A stretch of 64,000 nt of DNA from Mobula hypostoma (Eukaryota): NCBI RefSeq assembly GCF_963921235.1, contig NC_086097.1, forward strand, positions 223,202,001 through 223,266,000. Direction: 5' to 3'. Made by a program: the position numbers and the translations under genes. How positions within the stretch are numbered: position 1 is the stretch's first letter; the number at the start of each line of letters is the position of its first letter. Shown piece after piece: positions 24,720 through 36,199 of the stretch. The notes under the pieces were generated by a model. It searched no databases and was not told the origin of the DNA. It saw nothing but the letters and a program-made list of their open reading frames with translations.

Positions 24720-25030
24720 ACACATGAGCCATAGTTTAATTGGTAGTATTCTCACCTTTGAACCAGAAAGATGGACAAGTGACAAACTAAGGAACCTAGT
24801 TCAGAAACGAAACTCCACCTAGGTACTGATATTGTCAGAAGTATTGCCCTTTATATGAAATTTTAAACCAAGATGCTACCTGCTGTCTCAGGGTTGGCAC
24901 CATTTGGAAGTGATGTATGTGAGTTAACCTGTTTGGTCAATACTAATTCTTCAATTAACAATGTCAAAACAAATTAACTTCTACGTTTCCTTAATTTCAA
25001 CAGTGACTGTATTTCAAAAAGAATTACATT
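24720..25030 (+). mobile_element. Ancient Deu-domain-like SINE, very degenerate
   Basis: tRNA-like head followed by sequence similar to the reverse complement of 15170-15440. Confidence 0.35.
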
Positions 25031-25039
25031 GTGGTAGGA

Positions 25040-28000
25040 GCATAAGACCATAAGATCTAGGACAGAATTAGACCATTTGGCCATTGAATCTATCAACCTC
25101 TGCCTTAAGTATACATAAAGACTTGACATCCACAGCTGCCTGTGGCTAATAATTGCACAGATTCATCACTCTCTGGCTGAAGATACATCTCCTTATCTCA
25201 ATTCTAAAAGTACGCTCCTCCATTCTAAGGTTGTGTCCTCTGGTCTTAGACTCTCCCACCATAGAAAACATCCTCTTCACATCTACTCAATCAAGGCCTT
25301 TCACCATTCGATAGGTTTCAATGAGATCACCCCTCATCCTTCTGCATTTCAGTGAATACAGGTCCAGAGCCATCAAATACTCTTCATATGACAAGCCATT
25401 CAATCCTGAAATCATTTTCATGAACCTCTTTTGAACCCCCTTCAGTTTCAGCATATTCTTTCTCAGATAAGGGGCCAAATCTGTTCACCATACTCTAAGT
25501 GAGGCCTCACCAGTGCTTTATAAAATTTCAGCATTACATCTTTGCTTTTATATTCTAGTCCTCTTGAAATGAATGTTAACATTGCATTTGCCTTCCTCAC
25601 CACAGTCTCAGCCTACAAATTAACCTTTAAGGAATTCTGTACAAGAACTCCCAAGTCCCTTTGCACGTCAGTTTTTTGTATTTTCTCTCCATTTAGAAAA
25701 TAGTCAACCCTTTCATTTCTTCTTCCAAAGTGCATAACCATACACTTCCCGATACTGTATTCTATCTGCCATTTCTTAACCCATTTTCCTAATCTGTCTA
25801 AGTCCTTCTGTAGCCTCTGTCTTCCACAAAACTACCGGCTCCTCCACCTATCTTTATATCATCTGCAAGCTTTGCAACAAAGCCATCAACTCCATCATTG
25901 AAATCATTGACATATAACAGAAAAAAAAAATCAGTCTCAACACAGACCCCTGTAGAACACCACCAGTCACCAGCAGACAACCAGAAAAGGCTCCCTTTAT
26001 TACCACTCTTTGCCTCCTGCCAGTCAGCCACCACTTTATCCATACTAGAATCTTTTCTGTAATGCCATGGGCTCATAGCTTGTTAAGCAGTCGCACGTGT
26101 GGCACCTTGTCAAAGGCCTTCTGAAAATCTAAGTACATAACATCAACTGATTCCCCTTTGTCTATCCTGCTTGTTATTTCTTTAAAGAATTCCAACAGAT
26201 TTTATCATGTGCCTCCAAGTACCCTGAGACCTCATCCTTAGTAATCAACTCCAACATCTTCCTAACCACTGGACTTCTGCCTCGCTCCCTTGAAGCGTGG
26301 CGTGACATTTGCAATTTTCCAGTCTTCCGGAACCATTCCAGAATCTAGTGATTCTTGAAAGATCATTACTAATGCTTCCACGATCTCTTCAGCTACCTTC
26401 TTCAGAGCTCTGGGGTGTACTCTATCTGGTCCAGGTGACTTATCTACCTTCACACCTTTCAGTTTCCCAAGAACTTTCTCCCTAGTTATGAGACCTGGAA
26501 CTTCTATGATACTGCTAGTGTATTCTACAGTGAAGATTGATGCAAAATACTTCTTCAGTTCATCTGCCATTTTGTTGTCCCCCATTACTACCTCTCCACC
26601 ATCACTTTCCAGAAGATTGATATCCACTCTCGCCTGTCTTTTACACTTTATGTATCTGAAGATTTACTTTAATATTATTGGCTAGCTTGTTTGTACTTTC
26701 ATATTCCATCTTTTACCTTCTTTATGACATTTCTAGTTGTCTTCTGTAGGTTTTTAAAAGCTTCCCAATCCTCTAACTTCCCACTAGTTTTTGCTCTATT
26801 TTATGCCTTCTCTTTGGCTTTTATGTTGGCTTTGACTTCTCTAGTCAGCCACGGTTCTGTTATCTTTTCTTTAGAATACTTCTTCCTCTTTGGGATGTAT
26901 ATATCTTGTGCCTTCTAAATTGCTTCCAGAAATTCTACCCATTGCTGCTCTGCCGTCATCACTGCCAATGTTCATTTCTAATCAATTCTGTGTAACTCCT
27001 CCCTCATGCCTCTGTAATTCCCTTTACTACACTGTAATACTGATACATCTGACTTTAGCTTCTCCTTCTCAAATTTCAAGGTGACTTCGATCATACTATG
27101 AACATTTGACCCAAATGGTTCTTTTACCTTAAGCTCTCTAATCAATTCCGGTTCATTGCACAGCACCCAATCCAGAATTGCCGATCCTCTAGTGAGCTCA
27201 AACAACAGCTGCTCTAAAAGGCTATCTCACAAGCACTCTAGAAAGTCCCCCTCCTGAAATCCAGCACCAACCTGATTTTCCCAATCTACCTGCATATCGA
27301 AGTCCCCCATGACCATTGTAACATTGCCCTTTTGGCATGCATTTTCTATCTCCCATTGTAATTTGTAAGCCATACTACTGTTTGAGGGTCTGGGTCATTT
27401 TACACTTGCAGTTCCTTAGCTCTATCCACAATGATTCAACACTTTCCGACCCTATGTCACCTCTTTGGAATGATTTGATATAATTTTCTTACCAACAGAG
27501 CAAAACTGCCCCCTGTGCCTACTTGCCTATCCTTTTGAAACAATGTGTATCCTTGGACATTAAGCTCCCAGCTATAATCTTTCAGCCATGATTCCGTGAT
27601 GCCTACATCATACCTGCAGTTCATCCTACTTATTCCATATACTGCACACATTCAAATACAACACCTTCAAACCCGCATTCACCCTTTTCAATTTTGTCCA
27701 CCTTTTATGTTGCAACCAATCATGTTGACTGCAATTTTGCCTTATCAACAGCCTCTCTTCACTACACATTGCCTCTGTTTGTAAACAAGGTCCCTGTACC
27801 TCATCTTCAGCTCTGTTATCCTCCTTTTCTACAATACTTCTTGCATTGAAATATATGCAGCTCGGGACACTAGTCGCACTATGCACAAGATTTTGATTCC
27901 TAAGTTTCTCTAAGGTCTTACCAACATCTGCCTGCACAACTTCTCCACCAACTGTTCTGGGACTCTGGTTCCCATGCCCCTGCAACTCTAGCTTAAACCC

Positions 28001-29060
28001 CACTGTGCTGCATTAACAAACCTTCCCACTAGGATCTTAGTCCCCCTCCAGTTCAGCTGCAAACCTTCCCTTCTGTACAGATTCCACCTTCCCTGGAAGA
28101 GAGCACAAAGATCCAAAGATCTTCTGTCTTCCCTCCTACACCAACTCCTTAGCCACATACTAAACTGTATAATCTGCCTTGTGCTGGCCTCACTAGCACA
28201 TGACACAGGTAGCAACCCTGAAATCACAATCCTGGATGTCCTGCCCTTTAACTTAGCACCTAACTCCCAGAACTCCCTACGCAGAACCTTGTCACACGTC
28301 CTACCCGTATCGTTGGTATCTACAGGGACCACGCCTTCTGGCTGTTCACCCTCTCATGTATGAATGCTGAGGACTTGATCTGTGATGTCCAGGACCCTGA
28401 CAGCTGGGAGACAATATACCATCTGGGATTTTCGTTCTCACCCATAAAACCTCCTATCCATTCACCTAACTAACAAATCTCCTATCACCACAGCGTGCCT
28501 CTTCTCCTCCCTTCCCTTCTGAGTCACAGAGGCAGACTCAGTGATAGAGACCCGACCACTGTAACTCTCCTCTGTTAGGTTATCCAGTATCCAAAGTGAT
28601 ATACCTGTTGTTGAGGGGGATGGTTACAGGGGTACTCTGCACTGGCTCCTTCCCCTTCCTGTCACCCAGATTCTTGTGTCCTGCCTCTCTATATGTCCTA
28701 TCTGTCACCCCTTCAGCCCCCCAAACAATCAGGAGTTCATCCAGTTCCAGCTCCAACTCGTTAACGTGGATTGTTAGAAGCTGCAGCTGGATGCACTTCT
28801 TGCAGTTGTAGTTGTCAGGGACACTGGAGGTCTCCTTGCCTTCCCACATCTTGCAAGAGGACATGCCTGTCATCCCTACTGTCCTAGCTGAGCAGATATA
28901 AAGAAGGAAAAAACTTGAGCTTTTCTTTCCTTTGCTTTCTCTGACTGAAGCCTCTCTTCATTTAAGCCGCAAAGAGCTAAAGCCTCAAGATGACCTGTCT
29001 GACTCCATCCACTCAGACAACAGCCGCTGATAAGCCGCATACAGTCTCCAAAGGACATAA
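25040..29060 (-). mobile_element. Near full-length, decayed CR1 LINE (ORF1 Cys/leucine zipper + esterase; ORF2 APE-RT)
   Basis: ORF1 pieces CKMWE...CKKCIQLQLL...ELELELDEL and IVISGLLPV...REGLQLN. ORF2 pieces VGITESWL, AILDWVLCNE, KSPGPDRVHPRALK and KLADDIKIGG. Tail at about 25040. Confidence 0.9.
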
Positions 29061-29349
29061 AAGACATTATAAAAAGCCAGTCTTTACTGTTACTCATTTA
29101 TGACGTCTTTATGTCAACAAATCCTCTCATTCACATTCTGATATTTACATTTTTAGACTGCAAAGTCCTTCAGTGAAGGACAGAACAATCTTCGAGTGCT
29201 GGAGAGTCATTTTTTAAATACCTACGTAGGTCATCGTGTACAGCTGGAAATTGCAGCACCCATCTATAATTTCTGGCTTGGTGTATCCTTCCCATTCACT
29301 ATGTTCCCTTCTGTCCTGGAGCTGTTCCGGATATTTATTTATTCATTTC

Positions 29350-29585
29350 TGTAGCATAGTGACAGACCTTTCCAGCCCAACGAGCTCACACTGTCAAATA
29401 CATGTGACCAATTAACCTGCTAACCCATACACCTTTGGAATGTGACAGGAAACCCGAGCCCCTGATGAAAACCAACATGGTCATGGAGAGAACGTACAAA
29501 CCTTTTACGGACAGCAACAGAATTAAATTCTGGCACCTGGAGCTGGAGCAGCGTTACGTTAACCACTACACTACTGTGCCAGCCC
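29350..29585 (-). mobile_element. V-SINE/HE1-like SINE
   Basis: The minus strand reads GGCACAGTAGTGTAGTGGTTAA...GGTTTTCATCAGGGGCTCGGGTTTCCTGTCACATTCCAAAG. Confidence 0.7.
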
Positions 29586-29669
29586 AGATCTTTCCATTTT
29601 CTAATGCTCCTGTGACTTGGCTGAGAATTTCCTTTGAGGCTCAACCAGCACATTATCACCAGTAAGACA

Positions 29670-29835
29670 AAGAGATACAACAGATGCTGGAAATCCAGAG
29701 CCACACACACAAAATGCTCGAGGAACTCAGCAGGTCAGACAGCATGGTCTCGCCCCAAAACGTCAACTGTTCATTCATTTCCATTGATACTGCCTGACCT
29801 ACTGAGTTCCTCCAGCATTTTGTACGTGTTGCTCT
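29670..29835. repeat. Palindromic Penelope-associated repeat
   Basis: ACACAAAATGCTCGAGGAACTCAGCAGGTCAG and CTGACCTACTGAGTTCCTCCAGCATTTTGT form an inverted pair. Confidence 0.8.
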
Positions 29836-31065
29836 ACACTGCCACCATTTCCAACTTTTAAAAAAAATCTCACTCAAAAATTGGTTACTTTCTTGCCTGA
29901 GTAGTTAGTTATTGGTACAGTACTTCAAATTTATTTATGCCCCTTTGTCCTGGTTAGCCCTACAAAACAGCTTTCTTGTCAGAAGCTCTGAAGTGCTGTT
30001 CACTTGCTGTACAATTCCAGCCATTATGTTGTCACTGTAAGTGGAAAGCTCGCAGTTGAGAGAGACAGGAATTAATTCTGATAACAAATGAGCAACATTT
30101 CATCGGGTGTTGTATCACAGAAACCTAACCTTTGCTCATCAAATCAAATCTGTAAAGAGAGAACTGGGCAATACCAATGCACGATACCTTCCTTTTAAGG
30201 TATAACTGAAACAAATCTACAGGGATAGGAAAAGTCCATTTGTAAATAGATCTCATCACTTGTTGACAGATTATATTGTTAACAAACAGTTTCTTCAGAA
30301 TTTACAATAGTTACCACAAAAAGGGATTCCAGTAAATATATTTAGCTCTGTGGAACAGAGGAAGATAGTACACAAGATAATTTTCTATTGAGATTTACAA
30401 TACTTTCTTTTATGAACGCTTCTTTGCAAATACATCAATAACGTCTCCAACTCAATTTCTCTTGTACTGTCACAGAGGGTCTTTTAGAGACAGCAGGTAA
30501 TGATATTACGCCATAATCAGTATTAGTCTATGATGAATCAGCAAGAATGCAACTTGAGTGAGGTAGCCTAAGAACATCATGCTTTTATCTCCACCTAGAT
30601 ACCTATTCAAGAACCAACAAAAACACCTAACCACAGCATCCATTTGAGGGAAAAGCATCTGAAAGACATGAACATAAAAACTCTTAAGGTTTGTCAGCCA
30701 ATTCAAAGTCTGATTTTCATTTACCAACAGCTAAAAGCGATGTACTGCAAACGTTCCATACTTGGAAAAAATATTGTAAGTATTCAGCAGGTCTTGCAGG
30801 ACCTGTGGAGAAACACAGTTCTAATGAAATATGGACACAAATGTTATCTTCTTTCCCAGTTTCTCCACAGATGCTGCCTGACCTGTATTTCCAACATTTT
30901 CTGTTTCATTTTATTTACTAGCATAAAGTTTCTCGTGTCAATGCACTCTAAAACAGTCTCCAAATAAGGGTCCAGCAGGTAAAATGAAATCACCAAACCT
31001 TTTTTTATTGTTAATTTTTTTAAATACTCCACCAAGACAGAAATTGAAAGACCAGATAATACTAT

Positions 31066-31150
31066 TAACACACACAAAATGCTGGAGGAACTCAACATTT
31101 TTTGTGTGTTGCTTGAATTTCCAGCATCTGCAGATATTCTCTTGTTTGTA
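31066..31150. repeat. Short, deleted copy of the palindromic repeat
   Basis: AACACACACAAAATGCTGGAGGAACTCAACATTTTTTGTGTGTT. A related piece lies at about 31540-31595. Confidence 0.7.
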
Positions 31151-31189
31151 GTCATATTGTTAACTTGGTACACATTACCTTGACACTGA

Positions 31190-31510
31190 GTTGTATAAGA
31201 TGACGAGAGGCATTGATCGTGTGGATAGTCAGAAGCTTTTTCCCAGGGCTGAAATGGCTAGCACAAGAGGGCACAGTTTTAAGGTGCTTGGAAGCAGGTA
31301 CAGAGGAGATGTCAGGGTTAAGTTTTTTTATGCAGACAGTGGTGTGTGTGTGGAACAGGGTCTTTTAAGAGACATCTGGATAGGTACATGGAGCTTAGAA
31401 AAATAAAGGGCTATGGATAACCCTAGGCAATTTCTAAAGTAAGTATATGTTCGGCACAGCATTGTGGGCCAAAGGGCCTGTATTGTGCTGTAGGCTTTCT
31501 GTGTTTCTAA
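31190..31510 (+). mobile_element. CR1 LINE 3' end
   Basis: YKMTRGIDRVDSQKLFPRAEMASTRGHSFKV; same family as 58900-59290. Confidence 0.8.
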
Positions 31511-32259
31511 TTTGGCTGAAGCTGGTACCACATAGCATACCACAAACATGGGAAAATCTGCAGATGCATAGTTGCTCCAGCATTTTGTGTGTGCACCACG
31601 TAATGCATCCTCTTAACTAAACTCAACCTTCAGTAGGAAAGTTATTTTGCCGTGCAAATTGCTAAGTATTTGAACTGATACTTGCATAATGAATCCTTTG
31701 TGAATAACAACATTTCAGTGTACTTCATTCAGTCAGTGATAACTAAGGATTGAAAACTAAACAGTAACGTTGAAGGAAGAGAAGGGTAAATTAGTTAAAC
31801 CATACATAGAGAAAACAGAAAATGAATGAACAAAGGAAAACATATGAGAATAAAAATAACTTAAAAAATGAACAAAAATACTCTGCTTGTAAGACTGAGA
31901 TTCTAGATTAAATTTCAGTGCTAGAGGAGTTATTTGGTGTTGCAGAAACTTAAATATTATCAAAGTGGTAATGATGCTTTAACATTAAATTTCAGTGACA
32001 AATCTAACGGCAAATAATGTACAATTACGGCATCTCCATGAACCTAATCAGAAGACTGAGGGATTATTATTGCCACAGAGTGACTGGCAGATGGGTACAG
32101 CATCATTTGACAAGTTGTAACTTCTAGACCTTCTGTTCAACCTATGCAGTTGTACATTTTACATATTAATGTCAGCAAATGCATTACGTATACTTTTATT
32201 TTGACAGGTGATAGCTAAAATTTGGAAGGAATATTTGATCTTTCAAGAAGCATGGCTCA

Positions 32260-33630
32260 GAGGACAGGAAAATTGCAAATGTCATTCCACTCTTCCACAA
32301 GGGAGAGAGGCATCTGGAAGAAAATTATAGGCCGGTTAGTCTGACCTCAGTGGTTGGGAAGATGTTCGAATCGACTGTTAAGGATGTGGTTTTGGGGTAC
32401 TTGGAGACACATGATAAAATAGACCAAAGTCAGCAAGGCTTCCTTAAGAGAAAATCTTGCCAGACAAATCTGGTGGAATTCTTTGAGCAAATAACAAGCA
32501 GGATAGACAGAGGAGAATCAGTGGATGTTGTATACCTGGGTTTTCAGAAGGTCTTTGACAAGATGCCACACCTGAGGCTGCTTAACAAGTTAAGAACCCA
32601 TGGTATTGCAGGAAAGTTACTACAGTTAACAAGGGCAGAGCATTAGCTGATTGGAAGGAGGCAAAGAATGGGAATAAAGGGAGTCTTTTCTGGTTGGCTG
32701 CCGGTGACTAGTGGTGTTCCACAGAGGCCTCTGTTGGGACCGATTATTTTTACGTAATATGTCAATGATTTGGATAATGGCATTGATGGGTTTGTGGCCA
32801 AGTTTGTGGATGATACAAAAATAGGTGGAGGGGCAGGTAGTTTTGAGGAAGTAGAGAGACTGCAGAAGGACTTAGACAGATTAGAAGAAAAAGTGCTAGA
32901 TTAGTGACAGATTAGGGCAAAGACGTGCCAGATGGAATACAATGTCAGGAAGTGAATGGTCATGTGCTTTGGTAGAAGAAATGAAAGGGTTGACTATCTT
33001 CTAAATGGAGAGAAAATACAAAAAACTGAGGCACAAAGGAACTTGGGAGTCCATGCACAAGATTCTCTAAAGGCTGAGGCTTTATAACATATTGCTGAGG
33101 CCTCACTTGGAGTATTGTGAGCAGTTTTGGGCCCCCTATCTAAGAAAGGATGTGCTGACATTGGAGAGGGTTCAAAGGAAGTTCATGAAAATGATTGCAG
33201 GGTTGAAAGGCTTGTTAAATGAGGAGTGTTTGATTTCACTGGCCTGTATACACTGGAATTCAGAAGAATGATGGGGGCGAATCTCATTGAAACCTATTGA
33301 ATGTTGTAAGGCCTTGATAGAGTGGATGTGGAGAGGATGTTTCCTATGGTGGGGGAGTCTAGGGCCAGAGGACGCACCCTCAGAATAGAGGGATTTCCAT
33401 TTAGAACAGAGATGAGGAAGAATTTCTTTAGCCAGAGCATGATTAGTCTATGGAATTTGTTGCCACTGCCAGCTGTAGTTAAGGCATGCGCAATAAATTC
33501 TTGATTAGTCAGGGCATGAAAAGGCAGGAGATTGGGGCTGAGAGGGGAATGGATCAGCCATGATGAAATGGTGGAGCAGACACGAAGAGCAAAATGGCCT
33601 AATTCTGCTCCGATATCTTATGGTCTGATG
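32260..33630 (+). mobile_element. CR1 LINE RT fragment, decayed
   Basis: QGFLKRKSCQTNLVEFFE and VDVVYLGFQKVFDK; ends TCTTATGGTCT. Confidence 0.88.
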
Positions 33631-33703
33631 ATCAGAGGGCAGGAAAGGCAACACACACAAAATGCTAGAGGAACTCAGCAGGCCAGGCAGCATTTATTGA
33701 AAA

Positions 33704-33741
33704 CAGTTGACGTTTTGGGCGGAACCCCTTCATCAGGACTG
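33704..33741 (-). ncRNA. Degenerate minimal type I hammerhead ribozyme motif in a Penelope-derived repeat
   Basis: The minus strand reads CAGTC-CTGATGA-AGGGGTTCCGCCC-AAAACGTC-AACTG. The CUGAUGA box is intact and GAAA has become AAAA. Confidence 0.6.
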
Positions 33742-34199
33742 GCAACAGTTATCTGGCCATTCTGAAAAGTTTGTTGTGACATTGCAAATTCAGTGTATTT
33801 ATAGATAGGGCAATAAATTTATTTTCAAACTAACCTAATCCAAGTCACAAGACATCTAAGAGCTAATGCTGAGTTATGTAAGATGGCTACATCAATGGAA
33901 ATGGTCTTAAAAAATAAGAAAGGCTATTGCCTGCTACATTAATGTTACAACAATATGTGATGGGAGGCACAAGCACTTCTGACATTAAGTCTAGGTCTCA
34001 TGCATATTCATTTGCTCAAGCCAGGTCTGCCAGGGAACTGTACAACCATTGCAATGGGAATCATTCAGCACAAATTAATCAGTTTAGTGCAGCAAGGTGC
34101 TTTAGTTGCTGAAATCAAGGAGATATAGTATCATTCTGTAATTCTGACTGCAATAGTCAGAATTGATACCAATACTAAACAGCCTTGATTTTAGCCATT

Positions 34200-35150
34200 A
34201 TATCTGCTATGCATCTTCTCCTTTTTCTTAACCAAAGTCCCAATGTCTCTCAAAACCCAAGGTTCACTGAACCTGTTATCCTTGCCTTTTATTCTGACAG
34301 GAACATTACAAACTTTGTATCCTCAATTTTGAAAGTCTCCCACTGACCAAGTACACCTTTGCCAGAAAACAAACAGTCCCAATCCACACTTCCCAGTTCT
34401 TTTATGCTACCATTAAAATTGACCTTTCTCCAATTTAGAATCTCTACCCAAGGACCAGATCTATCCTTTTCCATAATTACCTTGAAACTAATGGCATTAT
34501 GATCACTAGATGCAAAGTGTTCTACACAAACTTTTGTCATCTGCCCCATCTTACTCCCAAATCGAAGATCTGGTATTGCACTTTCTCAAGTTGGGACTTC
34601 TCTGTTCTGATTAAGAAAACTTGCCTTAACACATTTGACAAACTCTTTCCCATCCAGCCCTTTTACAGTAAGGGAGTCCCAGTCAATATATGGAAAGCTA
34701 AAATCACCTACTATCACAAGCTTATCTTTCTTGCAACAGTCTGCAATCTCACTCTAAAAATTTGCTCTTCTAAATTCCGCGGACTATTGGGTGGTCTATA
34801 ATATAATCCCATTAACGTGGTCATACCTTTCTTCTTCCAGAGTTCTACCCCTACAGCCTCACTTGACAAGCTCTCCAGTCTGTCCAGGCTGAATACTGCC
34901 GTGACATTTTCCCTGAATAGTAATGCCACCCTCCCCCTTTAATCCCTCCAGCTCTATCATGTCTAAAACTACGGAACCCCAGAACACTGAGCTGCCAGTC
35001 CTGCCCCTCCTGAAACCAAGTGTCATTAATGGCTACAATATCATAAGTCCAAAAGCTGATCCATGCCCTAAGCTTATCTGCCTTTGCTATAACACACATT
35101 GCAATGAAATCTACACAGCTCAGAACATTAGCCCCACCATGCTTGACCTT
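34200..35150 (-). mobile_element. CR1 LINE APE endonuclease fragment
   Basis: YDIVAINDTWFQEG, GLYYRPPNS and FASSDHNAISF. Confidence 0.85.
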
Positions 35151-35159
35151 TCAAAAGTA

Positions 35160-36103
35160 ATATTAAAAGTAACATTAGCAGATTTGCAGATGACACAAAG
35201 CTGGGAGGCAGTGTAAAATGTGAGGAGGGTATTATGAGGATGCAGGTGACTTGGACAGGTTGGGTGAGTGGGCAGATGCATGGCAGATGCAGTTTAATAT
35301 GGATAAATGTAAGGTTATCCACTTTGGTGGCAAGAACAGGAAGGCAGATTACTATCTGAATGGTCTCAAGTTAGGAAAAGGGGAAGTACGAGATCTAGAT
35401 GTCCTTGTTCATCAGTCACTGAAAGTAAGCATGCAGGTATAGCAGGCAGTGAAGAAAGCTAATGGCATGCTGGCCTTCATAACAAGGGGAGTTGAGTATA
35501 GGAACAAAGAGGTCCTTCTGCAGTTGTACAGGGCCCTGGTGAGACCACACCTGGAGTATTGTGTGCAGTTTTATCTCCGAATTTGAGGAAATACATTCTT
35601 GCTATTGAAGGAGTGCAGCGTAGGTTCACAAGGTTAATTCCCAGGATGGCGGGACTGTCATACGTTGAAAGATTAGAGCAACTGGGCTTGTATACACTGG
35701 AATTTAGAAGGATGAGAGGGGATCTGATTGAAACATATAAGATTAATAAGGGATTGGACATGCTAGAGGCAGGAAACATGTTCCCAATGTTGGAGGAGTC
35801 CAGAACCAGAGGCTACAGTTTAAGAATAAGGGGTAGGCCATTTAGAACGGAGTTGAGGAAAAACTTTTTCACCCAGAGAGTTGTGGATCTGTGGAATGCT
35901 CTGCCCCAGAAGGCAGTGGAGGCCAATTCTCTGGATGCTTTCAAGAAAGAGTTAGATAGAGCTCTTAAAGACAGTGGAGTCAAGGGATATGGGGAGAAGG
36001 CAGGAATGGGGTATTGATTGTGGATGATCAGCTATGATCACAATGAATGGCAGTGCTGGCTCGAAGGGCCAAATAGCCTACTCCTGCACCTATTGTCTAT
36101 TGA
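35160..36103 (+). mobile_element. CR1 LINE 3' part
   Basis: FADDTKLGG region through ORF 35559-36017; ends CTATTGTCTATTG. Confidence 0.9.
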
Positions 36104-36199
36104 CTTTGTATGTAGGCCTACCAACATGTTTCTCCACAACCACTCCACTATCTCCTCTAGTGCTTGGGCTCACATGCCACTATAACTCTAGTTTAAATA

